Assembly (NCBI RefSeq): GCF_036365525.1
Contig: NC_090387.1
Coordinates: 89,941,691-90,005,690, forward strand
DNA length: 64,000 nucleotides
DNA from: Heterodontus francisci
Lineage: Eukaryota
Reading direction: 5' to 3'
The notes under the pieces: model-generated
Told to the model about the DNA's origin: nothing
The model's input: the letters and a program-made list of their open reading frames with translations, nothing else
Databases searched by the model: none
In this document: one piece after another, positions 1 through 14,339 of the stretch
Layout: each line of letters starts with the position of its first letter
How positions within the stretch are numbered: position 1 is the stretch's first letter
Made by a program: the position numbers and the translations under genes

Positions 1-3000
1 GCAGGTAGTGAAATTGTATATTATTCACCAGAGGGTGATATTGTAAACAAGTTTGCCAGAAAGTAAGATTGTATATTGTTCAGCAGAGGGTGAGATTGTA
101 TACTAGTTCACAGGGAGTGTGATTGTATATGATTCACCAATGGGCGAGATTACATACAAATTCAATTGGGAATAATATGTATATTGTTCACCAGGGAGTG
201 AGATTATATACTAGTTCACAAGAGGTGAGATTGGATACGTGTTCAACAAGGGTGAGATTGTGTACTAGCTCACCAGGGAATAAGACTGTATCCTTGCTCA
301 CCACGCGGTGAGATTGTATACTAGTTTGCCCGAAAGTGAGATTGTATACTAATTCACCAGGGGGTGAGATTATATGCTAGTTCTCCAGGGAGTGAGATTG
401 TGCACTAGTTTATCTGGGGTTTGTTTGTATATTAGTTGACCAGAGGGTGAGATTGTATACTAGTTCACCAGGGGGTGAGAGCGCATACAAGATCGCCAGG
501 CAGTGAGATTATATACTAGTTCACAAGGGAGTGAGATTGTATATTGTTCGCCATTGGGGGTTGAGATCATATAGACGTTTGCCAGGGAATGAGATTGCAT
601 GTTGTTCAGCAGAGAATGAGATTGTATACAAATTCTCCAGGAGGTGAGATTGTATACTAGTTCACCAGGGGGTGAGATTGTATGCTAGTTCGCCACAGGG
701 TGAGGATGCATACTAGATTGCCAGGGAGTGAAATTGTATTCTAGTTCACCAGGGACTGAGAATGTATACTAGTACATCAGGGGTCAGATTGTATAATAGT
801 TCACCAGGGGTGAGATTGTACACATGTTCACCAAGGGTGAGATTGTATACTAGTTCGCCAGGAGGTGAGATTGTATCCTAGCTCACCAGGAGTGAGATTG
901 TATACATGTTCATCAAAGGTAAGATTGTATACTAGTTTGCCAGGGAGTGAGATTATATACTAGTTCACAAGGGAGTGAGATTGTATATTGTTCGCCATTG
1001 GGGGTTGAGATCATATAGACGTTTGCCAGGGAATGAGATTGCATGTTGTTCAGCAGAGAATGAGATTGTATACAAATTCGCCAGGAGTGAGACTGTATAC
1101 TCGTACGCCAGGGAGTGAAATTGTATCCTAGTTCGCCAAGGGATGAAATTGCATAATAGTTCGCCAGGGAGTGAATTTGTATGCGAGTTCACCAGGGAGT
1201 AAGACTGAATACTAATTTGCCAGGGGTGAGATTGTATCCTAATGCACCAGGGGCTGAGATTGTGCACTATTTCGCCAGAGGTGAGATTGTATACTAGTTC
1301 GCCAGTGGGTGAGATTTTATCCTAGTTCGTCAGTGGTCGAGATTGCATACTAGTTCGCCAGAATGTGAGGTTGTATACTAACCCACCAGGGAGTGAGGTT
1401 GTATCTTGTTCACCAGATGGTGAAATCACATACAAGTTCACCAGAGAATGAGATTGTATATTGTTCACAAGCGGTGAGATTGTATACAAGTTCACCAGGG
1501 GTTAGATTGTATAATAGTTTACCGGGGAGTGAGATGGTTTACTAGTTCGCCAGGGAGTGTGAGTGCATACTAGTTGGCTAGTGGGTGGGATTGCAGACCA
1601 GTTTGCCAGCGAGTGAGATTGTATCCTAGTTCACCCGGGAGTGAGATTGTACGCTAGTTCACCAGGGAGTGAGATTGTATTCTTGTACAACAGGGAGTGA
1701 TATTGTATACTAGTTTGCCAGGGAGTGAGATCGTACATTAGTTTGCCATTGGGTGAGACCGCATACTATTTTGCCAGGCTGTGAGGTTGTATACTAGCTC
1801 ACCAGGGAGTGAGGTTGTATATTGTTCACCATTGGGGGTTGAGATCATATACAAGTTCGCCAGAGAATGAAATGGTATATTGTTCAGCAGGGGGTGAGAT
1901 TGTATGCTAATTCGCCAGAGGGTGAGAGCGCATACTAGTTCACAAGGGAGTGAGATTGTATACTAGTTCGCCAGAGCCTGAGGTTGTATACTAGTTTGCC
2001 AGGGATCAGATTGTATACTAGCTCACCAGGGGTAAGATTGTATAACAGTTTACCGGGGAGGAGATGGTTTACGAGTTCACCAGGGAGTGTGACCACATAC
2101 TATTTTGCCAGGCTGTGAGGTTGTATACTAGCTCACCAGGGAGTGAGGTTATATATTGTTCACCATTGGGGGTTGAGATCGTATACAAGTTCGTCAGGGA
2201 ATGAAATGGTATATTGTTCATCAGGGGGTGAGATTGTATGCTAATCTGCCAGAGGGTGAGAGCGCATACCAGTTCGCTAGGGAGTGAGATTGTATACTAG
2301 TTCACCAGGGAGTGAGATTGTGTTCTAGTTCACCAGTGAGTGAGACTGTATACTAGTTCTCCAGAGACTGAGATTGTATACTAGTTCACCAGGGGTCAGA
2401 TTGTAAACTAGTTCTCCAGGGAGTGCAATTGTGCACTAGTTTACCAGGGGTTGTTTGTATACTAGTTGACCAGAGGGTGAGTTTGTATACTAGTTCACCA
2501 GTATGTGAGATTTTTTACTAGTTCACCAGGGGGTGAGATTGTATACTCGTTCGCCACAGGGTGAGAGTGTATACTAGATCGCCAGAGAGTGAGATTGTAT
2601 ACTTGTTCATCAGGGAGTGAGATTGTATACTGGTTCGCCAGGGACTGAGGTTGTATACTAGTTTGCCAGGGATCAGATTGTATACTAGCTCACCAGGGGT
2701 GAGATTGCATCATAGTTTATGCAGGGAGTGAGATGGTTTACTAGTTCGCCAGGGAGTGTGAGTGCATACCAGTTGGCCAGTGGGTGGGATTGCATGCCAG
2801 TTCGTCCGGGAGTGAGATTGTGTACGAGTTTGCCAGTGGGTGAGATTGTTTCCTAGTTCACCCGGGAGTAAGATAGTATACTAGTTCAACAGGGAGTGAG
2901 ATTGTATGCTAGTTCACCAGGAAGTGAGATTGCATACCAGTTCATCTGGGAGTGAGATTGTATACTAGTTCACCAGGGGGTGAGTTTGTACACTAGTTCG

Positions 3001-6000
3001 CCAGAGGTGAGATTGTATACTGGTTCGCCATGGGGTGAAATTTTATACAAGTTCACCAGTGACTGAGACCGCATACTGGTTTGCCAGGGTGTGAGGTTGT
3101 ATACTAGCTCACCAGGGAGTGAGGTTGTATATTGTTCACCATTGGAGGTTGAGATCATATACAAGAATGAAATGGTATATTGTTCAGCAGGGGGTGAGAT
3201 TGTATACAAATTCAGCAGGGGGTGAGATTGTATACAAATTCAGCAGGGAGTGAGATTGTATACTAGTTCACCAAAGGGTGAGAGCGCACACTAGTTAACC
3301 AGGTAGTGAGATTGCATTTTAGTTGGCCAAGGAGTGAGATTGTATACTAGTTCTCCAGGGACTGAGATTGTATACTAGTTCACCAGGGGTCAGATTGTAT
3401 ACTAGTTCACCAATGAGTGCGATTGTGCACCAGTTTAACAGAGGTTTGTTTGTATACTAGTTTACCAAAGGGTGAGTTTGTATACTAGTTCACCAGTATG
3501 TGAGATTTTGTACTAGTTCACAAGGGGGTGAGATCATATACTAGATCGCCAGGGAGTGAGATTGTATCCTAGTTCACAAGGGAGTGAGATTGCATACTAT
3601 TTCGCCAGGGACTGAAATTGTATACTAGTTCGCCAGGGGTCAGATTGTATACTTGTTCACCGGGGAGTGAGATTGTATACTAGTTTACCAGGGGTTTGAT
3701 TGTATATTGGTTGACCAGAGGGTGAGTTTGTATACTAGTTCACCAGGGAGTGAGATTGTGTTCTAGTTCACCAGAGGGTGAGTTTGTATACTAGTTCACC
3801 AAGGAGTGAGATTGTGTTCTAGTTCACCAGAGGGACTGAGATTGTATACTAGTTCACCAGGGGTCAGATTGTATACTAGTTCACCAGAGAGTGCAATTGT
3901 GCACTAGTTTACCACGGTTTTGTTTGTATACTAGTTGACCAGAGGGTGAGTTTGTATACTAGTTCACCAGTATTTAAGATTTTGTACTAGTTCACCGGGG
4001 GTGGGGGGGGGGGGGGTGAGATTGTGTACTAGTTCGCTAGAGGTGAGAGCGCATACTAGATTGCCAGGGAGTGAGATTGTATACTAATTCACAAGGGAGT
4101 GAGATTGTATTCTAGTTTGCCAGGGATTGAGATTATATACCAGTTCACCCAGGGAGTGAGATTGTATACTAGTTTGCCAGACAGTTAGATGTTATCCCAA
4201 TTAGCCGGGGGTTAAGATTGTATACTAGTTCACCAGGGGTGAAGTTGTATATTGTTTAGCAGGGGTTGATATTGTATAAAATCTCAACAGGCAATGAGAT
4301 TGTATATTGTTCAGCAGCTGTCAGATTGTATACTTGTTCACCAGGTAGTGAGATTGTATATTATTCACCAGGTGGTGAGATTGTATACAAATTCACCTAG
4401 GAATGAGATGTATATTGTTCACCAGGGAGTGAGATTGTATAATAGTTCACAAGAGGTGAGATTGTATACATGTTCACCAAGGATGTGATTGTGTACGAGT
4501 TCACCAGGGAATGAGATTGTATCCTAGTTCACCAGGGAGTGAGACTGCATACTAATTTGCCTGGGAATGAGTTTATACACTATATTCGCCAGGGTTTGAG
4601 ATTGCATCCTAGTTCACCAGGGAATGAGATTGTATTTTGTTCCCCATGGGGTGAGATTGTATAATAGTTTACCAGCAAGTGAGATGGTTTACTAGTTTGC
4701 CAGGGTTTGAGATTGCATACCAGTTCACCAGGGAGTGAGGTTGTATATTGTTCACCAGAGGGTGAAATTGTATGCAAGTTCTCCAGGGAATGAGATTGTA
4801 TATTTTTCACCAAGAGGTGAGATTGTCTACTAGTTCACCAGGCAGTAAGATTGTACACTAGTTTGCCAGGGGTGATATTGTATCCTAATTCGCCAAGGGA
4901 TGAGATTGTGTATTATTTCGCCAGAGGTGAGATTTTGTACTAGTTTGCCAGTGGGTGAGATTTTATACTAGTTCGCCAGTGGTCGAGATTGCATACTAGA
5001 TCGCCAGAGTGTGAAGTTGTACACTAGCTCACCCTAGTATACTAGGAGTGAGGTTGTATCTTGGGAATGAGATTGTATATTGTTCACAAGGGGTGAGGTT
5101 GTATAATAGCTCATTTCGGAGTGAGGTTGTGCCTTGTTCACCAGGTGGTGAGATCATATACAAGTTCGCCAGGGAATGAGATTGTAAATTGTTCACAAGG
5201 GGTGAGATTGTATACAAGTTCGCCAGGGGTTAGATTCGATACAAGTTCCCAGGGGTGCGATTGTATAACAGTTTACCGGGGGTGAGATTGTATGCTAGTT
5301 CACCAGGGAGTGAGATTGTATTCTTGTTCAACTGGGGGTGATATTGTATACTGGTTTGCCAGGGGATGAGATTGCATACCAGTTCGTCAGGGGGTGAAAT
5401 TGTATACTAGCTCACCAGGGAGTGAGGTTGTATATTGTTCACCATTGAGGGTTGAGATCGCATACAAGTTCGTCAGGGAATGAAATGGTATATTGTTCAG
5501 CAGTGGGTGAGATTGTATGCTAGTTCGCCAGAGGGTGAGAGCGCATACTAAATCGCCAGGGAGTGAGATTGTATACTAGTTCACCAGGGAGTGAGATTGT
5601 ATACTAGATCGCCAGGGAGTGAGATTGTATTCTTGTTCAGAAGGGGGTGCGATTGTATACTAGTTCTCCAGGGGATGAGATTGCATACCAATGCGCCAGG
5701 GAATGAGATTGTATTCTAGTTCGCCAAGGCGTGAGATTGTTTACTAGTTCGGCAGTGGGTGAGATTGCATACAAGTTTGCCAGGGGGTGAGATTGTATGT
5801 TAGTTTACCAGGGAGTGAGATTGTATACTAGTTCGCCAGGAAGTGCGAGTGTATTCTAGTTCGTCAGGGAGAGAGAGTGTATACTCGTTTGCCAGAGAGT
5901 GAGTGTATACTAGTTCGTCAGGGAGTGAGATTGTATCATATTTCGCCCAGGGGCGAGATTGTACACTAATTAGCGAGGGATTGAGATTGTATATTTTTCA

Positions 6001-7828
6001 CTGGGGAGTGAGATTGCATACTAGGTCACCAGAGGGTGAGATTGTATACTATTTCACCAGGGAGTGAGACTGCATACACGGTCACCAGAGGGTGAGATTG
6101 TATACTAGTTCACCAGGGAGTGAGATTGTATGTTATTCACCAGGGGGTGAGATTGTGTACAGGTTCACCTGGGAATGAGATGTATATTGTTCACCAAGGG
6201 GTGAGATTTATACCAGTTCCTCAGGGGATGAGATAGTATGCATGTTCACCAAGGGTGAGATGGTGTACCAGTTCACCAGGGAGTGAGATTGTATTCTTGT
6301 TCAACAGGGGGTGAGAGTGTATACTAGTTTACCAGGGGTGAGATTGTATACTTGTTCGCCAGGGGGTAAGATTGTGTACTAGTTTACCAGGGGTGAGATT
6401 GTATACTAGTGCACCAGGGAGTGAGATTGTATCCTAGTTTACCAGGGAGTGCGATTGCATACTAATTCACCAGGGAGTGAGTTTATACACTATATTCGCC
6501 AGGGTTTGAGATTGCATACTAGTTCACCAGGGCGTGAGGTTGTATATTGTAAGATTGTAACCTAGTTCGCCCGGTGGCGAGATTGTACTCTAGTTAGCCA
6601 GGGATTGAGATTGTATACTAGTACACCAGGGAGTGAGATTGCATACTTGTTCACCAGGTGTAAAATTGTACCGTAGTTCACCAGGGAATGAGATTGTATA
6701 CTAGGTCACCAGGGGGTCAGATTACATACAAGTTTGCCAGGGAGTGGGATTGGATAAACTTACTCCCTGGTGAGAGTGTATACTAATTTGCCAGGGAATG
6801 CGATTGTATCTTGTTCACCAGGGGGTCAGATTGCATACAAGTTTGCCAGGGAGTGGGATTGCACATTACTACACCAGGGAGTGAGATTGCATACTAGTTC
6901 ATCAGGTGTAAAATGGTATCATAGTTCACCAGGGAATGAGATTGTATCTTGTTCACCAGGGGGGGAGTTTGTATACAAGTTTGCGAGGGGGTGAGATTGT
7001 ATGCTAGTGCACCAGGGCTGAGATTGTATACTAGTTTACCAGGGGTGAGATTGTAAATTATTTCACCAGGGGGTGAGATTGTATAATGGTTTGTCAGGGG
7101 TGAGATTGTGTACACGTTCACCAGGGGGTGAGATTGTATACTAGTACACCAGGGAGTGAGATTATTTCCTAGTTCACCAGGGAGTGAGATGCATACTAGT
7201 TCACCAGGGAGTGATTTTGTACACTCGTTTGCCAGGGTCTGAGATTATATACTAGTTCACCAGGGAATGAGATTGTATATTGTTCACCAGGGGGTGAGAT
7301 CGTATACAAGTTCAACAGGGAATGAGAATGTGTATTGTTCACCAGGGGTTGAGATTGTATACATGTTCACCAGGGGCTGAGATTGTATACTAGTTTACCG
7401 GGGGTGAGATTGTATACGAGTTCACCAGGGGGTGAGATTGTATACTAGTTTGCCTGGGGTGAGATTGTATACTAATTGACCAGAGGTGAGATTGTATACA
7501 TGATCTGCAAGGCAGTGATTGAATCTTAGTTCGCCAGGGATTGAGATTGTATTCTAGTTCACCAGGGGCTGAGATGTATACTAATTCACCAGGGAGTGAG
7601 ATGGTATATTATTCATGAAGGGGTGAGATTGTATATATGTTCGTCAGGAATTGAATTTGCATCCTCGTACACCTGGGAGTGAGATTGCATACTGGTTCAC
7701 CAGGGGTGTGATTGTATCATAGTTCACCAGGGAATGAGGCTGCATATTAGTTCGCCAGGGACTGAAACTGTATTCTAGTTTACCAGGGGTGTGATTGGAG
7801 ACTGGTTTTCACCAGGGAGTGAGATTGT
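1..7828. repeat. 28-bp satellite array (27-29 bp variants), block 1
   Basis: Continuous diverged tandem copies of GAGATTGTATACTAGTTCACCAGGGAGT; top strand G/T-rich; ORFs here are artefacts of the periodicity. Confidence 0.97.
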
Positions 7829-9556
7829 GAGCGAGGGAGAATCCCAAGGCTTTATATACGTATATAAAGGGCAAGAGAGTAACCAGGGAAAAGGTTGGCC
7901 CAAACAAGGACAGAGGAGGGAATCTATGTGTGGAGCCAAAGGAAATGAGCAAGGAACTAAATGAGTACTTTGCATCAGTATTCACCAAAGAGAAAGACTT
8001 GGTGGATGATGAGTCTAGGGAAGGGAGTGTAGATAGTCTGGGTCATGTCGTTATCAAAAAGGAAGAGGTGTTGGGCGTCTTGCAAAGCATTAAGGTAGAT
8101 AAGTCCCCAGGGCCTGATGGGATCTACCCCAGAATACTGAGGGAGGCAAGGGAAGAAATTGCTGGGGTCTTGACAGAAATCTTTGTATCCTCATTGGCTA
8201 CAGGTGAGGTCCCAGAGGACTGAAGAATGGCCAATGTTGTTCCTTTGTTTAAGAAGGGTAGCAAGGATAATCCAGGAAATTATAGGCCGGAGAGCCTTAT
8301 GTCAGTGGCAGGGAAATTATTAGAGAGGATTCTTCGGGGCAGGATTTACTCCCATTTGGTAACAAATGAACTTATGAGCGAGAGGCAGCATGGTTTTGTG
8401 AAGGGGAGGTCGTGTTTCACCAGCTTGATCGAGTTTTTTGAGGAAGTGGCGAAAATGATTAATGAAGAAAGGGCGGTGGATGTTGTCCATATGAACTTCA
8501 GTAAAGCCTTTGACAAGGTCCCTCATGGCAGACTGGTACAAAAGGTGAAGTCACACGGGATCAGAGGAGAGCTGGCAAGATGGTTACAGAACTGGCTTGG
8601 TCATAGAAGACAGAGGGTAGCAGTGGAAGGGTGCTTTTCTGAATGGAGGGCTGTGACTAGTGGTGTTCCGCAGGGATCAGTGACCTTTGCTGTTTGTATT
8701 ATATATAAATGATTTGGAGGAAAATGTAGCTGGTCTGATTAGTAAGTTCGCGAACGACACAAAGGTTGGTGGAGTTGCGGATAGTGATGAGGATTGTCAG
8801 AGGATACAGCAGGATATAGATTGGTTGGAGACTTGGGCGGAGAAATGGCAGATGGAGTTTAATCCGGACAAATGTGAGGTAATGCATTTTGGAAGATCTA
8901 ATACAGGTGGGAAGGATACAGTAAATGGCAGAACCCTTAGGAGTATTGACAGGCAGAGAGATCTGGGCGTACAGGTCCACAGGTCACTGAAAGTGGCAAC
9001 GCAGGTGAATAAGGTAGTCAAGAAGGCATACGGCATGCTTGCCTTCATTGGTTGGGGCATAGAGTATAAAAATTGGCAAGTCATGCAGCAGCTGTACAGA
9101 ACCTTAGTTAGGCCACACTTAGAATATTGTGTGCAATTCTGGTCGCCACACTACCAGAAGGACGTGGAGGCTTTGGAGAGGGTACAGAGGAGGTTTACCA
9201 GGATGTTTCCTGGTCTGGAGGGCATTAGCTATGAGGAGAGGTTGGATAAACTCGGGTTGTTTTCACTGGAACGACGGAGGTGGAGGGGCGACCTGATAGA
9301 GATTTACAAAGTTATGAGCGGCATGGACAGAGTGGATAGTCAGAAGCTTTTTCCCAGGGTGGAAGAGTCAGTTACCAGGGGACGTAGGTTTAAGGTGCGA
9401 GGGGCAAAATTTAGAGGGGATGTGGGAGGCAAGTTCTTTACACAGAGGGTGGTGAGTACCTGGAACTTGCTGCTGGGGGAGGTGCTGGAAGCAGGTACGA
9501 TAGCGTCGTTTAAGAGGCATCTTGACAAATACATGAATAGGAAGGGAATAGAGGGA
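7829..9556 (+). mobile_element. 5'-truncated CR1 LINE (copy A), RT region; 3' UTR displaced to 12177-12286 by a nested insertion
   Basis: ORF pieces KSPGPDGIYP, GNYRP, DFSKAFD-like, SGVPQGSV, KFANDTK (FADD mutated), VRPHLEYCVQFWSP; stop codon and frameshifts. Confidence 0.96.
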
Positions 9557-12176
9557 ATTAGAATTAGAATTAGAACATTACAGCGCAGTACAGGCCCTTC
9601 GGCCCTCGATGTTGCGCCGACCTGTGAAACCATCTGACCTACACTATTCCATTTTCATCCATATGTCTATCCAATGACCACTTAAATGCCCTTAAAGTTG
9701 GCGAGTCTACTACTGTTGCAGGCAGGGCGTTCCACGCCCCTACTACTCTCTGAGTAAAGAAACTACCTCTGACATCTGTCCGAAATCTATCACCCCTCAA
9801 CTTAAAGCTATGTCCCCTCGTGTTTGCCATCACCATCCGAGGAAAAAGACTCTTACTATCTACCCTATCTAACCCTCTGATTATCTTATATGTCTCTATT
9901 AAGTCACCTCTCCTCCTCCTTCTCTCCAACGAAAACAACCTCAAGTCCCTCAGCCTTTCCTCGTAAGACCTTCCCTCCATACCAGGCAACATCCTAGTAA
10001 ATCTCCTCTGCACCCTTTCCAAAGCTTCCACATCCTTCCTATAATGCGGTGACCAGAACTGCACGCAATACTCCAGGTGCGGTCTCACCAGAGTTTTGTA
10101 CAGCTGCAGCATGACCTCGTGGCTCCGAAACTCGATCCCCCTACTAATAAAAGCTAACACACCATATGCCTTCTTAACAGCCCTATTAACCTGGGTAGCA
10201 ACTTTCAGGGATTTATGTACCTGGACACCAAGATCTCTCTGCTCATCTACACTACCAAGAATCTTCCCATTAGCCCAGTACTCTGCATTGCTGTTACTCC
10301 TTCCAAAGTGAATCACCTCACACTTTTCCGCATTAAACTCCATTTGCCATCTCTCAGCCCAGCTCTGCAGCCTATCTATGTCCCTCTGTACCCGACAACA
10401 TCCTTCGGCACTATCCACAACTCCACCGACCTTCGTGTCATCCGCAAATTTACTAACCCACCCTTCTACACCCTCTCCCAGGTCATTTATAAAAATGACA
10501 AACAGCAGTGGCCCCAAAACAGATCCTTGCGGTACACCACTAGTAACTAAACTCCAGGATGAACATTTGCCATCAACCACCACCCTCTGTCTTCTTTCAG
10601 CTAGCCAATTTCTGATCCAAAGCTCTAAATCACCTTCAACCCCATACTTCCGTATTTTCTGCAATAGCCTACCGTGGGGAACCTTATCAAACGCCTTACT
10701 GAAATCCATATACACCACATCCACTGCTTTACCCTCATCCACCTGTTTGGTCACCTTCTCGAAAAACTCAATAAGGTTTGTGAGGCATGACCTACCCTTC
10801 ACAAAACCATGCTGACTATCGCTAATGAACTTATTCTTTTCAAGATGATTATAAATCCTGTCTCTTATAACCCTTTCCAACATTTTACCCACAACTGAAG
10901 TAAGGCTCACAGGTCTATAATTACAGGGCTGTCTCTACTCCCCTTCTTGAACAAGGGGACAACATTTGCTATCCTCCAGTCTTCTGGCACTATTCCTGTC
11001 GACAATGACGACATAACGATCAAGGACAAAGGCTCTGCAATCTCCTCCCTGGCTTCCGAGAGAATCCTAGGATAAATCCCATCTGGCCCAGGGGACTTAT
11101 CTATTTTCACACTTTCCAAAATTGCTAACACCTCCTCCTTGAGAACCTCAATCCCATCTAGCCTAGTAGTCTGAATCTCAGTATTCTCCTTGAAAACATT
11201 TTCTTTCTCTACTGTAAATGCTGACGAAAAATATTCATTTAACGCTTCCCCTATCTCCTCTGATTCCACACACAACTTCCCACTCCTATCCTTGATTGGC
11301 CCTAATCTAACTCTAGTCATTCTTTTATTCCTGATATACCTATAGAAAGCCTTAGGGTTTTCCTTGATCCTATCCGCCAATGACTTCTCATGTCCTCTCC
11401 TCGCTCTTCTTAGCTCTCCCTTTAGATCCTTCCTGGCTAGCTTGTAACTCTCAAGCGCCCCAACTGAGCCTTCACGTCTCATCCTTACATAAGCCTTCTT
11501 CTTCCTCTTGACAAGCGCTTCAACTTCTTTAGTAAACCACGGCTCCCTCGCTCGACAACTTCCTCCCTGCCTGACAGGTACATACTTATCAAGGACACGC
11601 AGTAGCTGCTCCTTGAATAAGCTCCACATTTCGATTGTGCCCTTCACTGCAGTTTCCTTCCCCATCCTACACATCCTAAATCTTGCCTAATCGCATCATA
11701 ATTTCCTTTCCCCCAGCTATAATTCTTGCCCTGCGGTATATACCTGTCCCTGCCCATCGTTAAGGTAAACCTAACCGAATTGTGATCACTATCACCAAAG
11801 TGCTCACCTGCATCTAAATCTGACACCTGGCCGGGTTCATTACCCAGTACCAAATCCAATGTGGCGTCGCCCCTGGTTGGCCTGTCTACATACTGTGTCA
11901 GAAAACCCTCCTGCACACTGGACAAAAACTGACCCATCTAAAGTACTCGTACTATAGTATTTCCAGTCAATATTTGGAAAGTTAAAGTCCCCCATAACAA
12001 CTACCCTGTTACTCTCGCCCCTATCGAGAATCATCTTCACTATCCTTTCCTCTACATCTCTGGAACTATTCGGAGGTCTACAGAAGACTCCCAACAGGGT
12101 GACCTCTCCTCTCCTGTTTCGAACCTCGGCCCATACTACCTCAGTAGACAAGTCCTCAAATGTCCTTTCTGCCTCT
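9557..12176 (-). mobile_element. 5'-truncated CR1 LINE with (TTCTAA)n tail, nested in copy A
   Basis: Minus-strand APE C-terminal part (GDFNFP, SDH) and a 423-aa RT ORF with FADD; tail reads attagaattagaattagaa at 9557; GGA is duplicated at the junctions relative to the uninterrupted copy B. Confidence 0.95.
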
Positions 12177-12286
12177 GGATAGGGTCCCAGAAGTGCATAA
12201 GGTTTTAGTTTAGAAAGGCATCAAGATCGGCGCAGACTTGGAGGCCCGAATGGCCTGCTCCTGTGCTGTACTGTTCTTTGTTCTTT
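12177..12286 (+). mobile_element. 3' UTR and (TTCTTTG)n tail of CR1 copy A
   Basis: Matches 21191-21300, the 3' end of uninterrupted copy B. Confidence 0.93.
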
Positions 12287-13954
12287 ATATACTTGTTCGC
12301 CAGGGAGTGATATTGTACACTAGTTGGTCAGGGAGTGAGATTGTATACTAGTTTATCAGGGGTGAGACTGTATACTAGTTCACCTGGGAGTGAGATTGTA
12401 TTTTATTCGCCAGGGGGTGAGATTGTATACAGGTTCACCAAGGAGTGAAATTGTATACTAGTTCACCAGAGGGTGAATTTGTATGCTAGTTCACCAGGGA
12501 ATTATATTGCATATTGTTGACCTGGGAGTGAGATTGTATACTAGTTGACCGGAGGTGAGATTGTATACTAATTCACCAGGGTTGAGATTGTATCCTTGTC
12601 ACCAGGGGATGAGATTGTATACTAGTTCAGCAAGGCAGTGACTGAATCCCAGTTCACCAGTGAGTGAATTTATATCCCTGTTCAACAGGGATTGAGAATG
12701 TATCCTAATTCACCAGGGGGTGAGGCTGTATATTATTCACCAGGGGGTGAGATTGTAGACAAGTTCGCCAGGAAATGAGATTGTGTACTGCTCAGCAGGG
12801 GTTGAGATTGTATATTAGTTCACCAGGGAGTGAGATTCTATATTATTCAATCAGGGGGTGAGATTGTCTACAAATTTGCCAGGAAATGAGATGAATATTA
12901 TTCGCCAGGGAGTGAGATTCCATACTAGTAGTCCAGTGGGTGAGATTGTGCACAGGTTCACAAGAGGCGAGATTGTATACATGCTCAGCAAGGCAGAGAT
13001 TGAATTTTAGTTCACCAGGGAGTGAGATTATATCCTTGTTCACCAGGGGGTGAGATGGTTGATTAGTTCACCAGGGGGTGAGATTGTATACTAGTTCGCC
13101 AGTGATTAAGATTGTATCCTAGTTCACCAGAGAGTGAGATTGCATACTAGTTCATCAGTGATCGAGATTATATCCTAGTTCATCTGGGGGCGAGATCGTA
13201 TACTACTTAGTCAGGGACTGAGATTGTATACTAGTTCACCAGGGGGTGAGATTGAATACTAGTTTACCAGGGGCGAGATTGTATACAAGTACACCAGGTA
13301 GTGAGGTTGTATCCTAGTTCACCAGAGAGTGAAATTGTGTATTATTCACCAGGGGGTGAGATTGTATACAATTTCGCCAGGCAATGAGATTGTATATTGT
13401 ACCACTGGTGTGAGATTGTATACTAGTTCATCAAGGAGTGAGATTGCATATTATTGAATCAGGGGCTGAGATTGTATACAAGTTAGCCAGGGAATGAGAT
13501 GTATATTATTTGCCAGGGAGTGATATTCTATACTAGTAGTCCAGTGGGTGAGATTGTACACAAGTTCACAAGAGGTGAGATTGTATACATGTTCATCAAT
13601 GCAGAGATTTTAGTTCACCAGGGAGTGAGATTATATCCTTGTTCACCAGGGGGTGAGATTATATCCTTGTTCACCAGGGAGTGAGACTGTATACTAGCTT
13701 GCCAGGCAGTTAGACTGTATCCTAGTTTGCCTGGGGATGGGATTGTATACTACTTAGTCAGGGATTGAGATTGTTCACGAGTTCGCCAGGGGCGAGGTTG
13801 CATACTGTTCAGCAGGGGTTGAGAATGTATATAAGTTCGCCAGGAAATAAAATTGTATATTGGTCAGCAGGGGGTCAGATTGTCTCCAAGATCACCAGAG
13901 AGTGAGATTGTACACATGTTCACCAAGTGTGAGATTGTGTACTAGTTCACCAGT
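12287..13954. repeat. 28-bp satellite array, block 2
   Basis: Same monomer as block 1. Confidence 0.96.
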
Positions 13955-14339
13955 GGGCTGCTGGATAAGTAAAACCCTAAATATTTGGGCCGTTTAAAAT
14001 AACTTGCCTTTCATTGCAGCAGCTTTTTCGGGAGCTGAGCGTGCGTGTGAGTGAGCATCTGGGAAGGTCAGTTTAAAGTAAACTTAATTTCTTTTTGTTT
14101 TCGGCGGAGACCAGGGGGCTGCTGGGTAAGTAAAACACTATATATTTGGGCCGTTTCTGTACCTGAGACACTACACCTGTAGTGTCTCCCACCCGCCCTC
14201 CTCCTCTAACCAAAAAAAAAAGGACTCGGTGGTGTGTAGATAAGGTAAGGCTTTTTCTATTTCCCTTTTTTTATCGTGTGATTGGTTAAAAACTTTTCGT
14301 TCCTTTTGCATTTAACTAAGTTTAAGCTTAAGATTAAAA

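Noticed and set aside
123-7121. Short ORFs in the satellite (YTISPP/VRLYT repeats), also 12843-13684 and 21968-24360
   Set aside because: Products of a 28-bp period cycling through frames; no splice or domain support.
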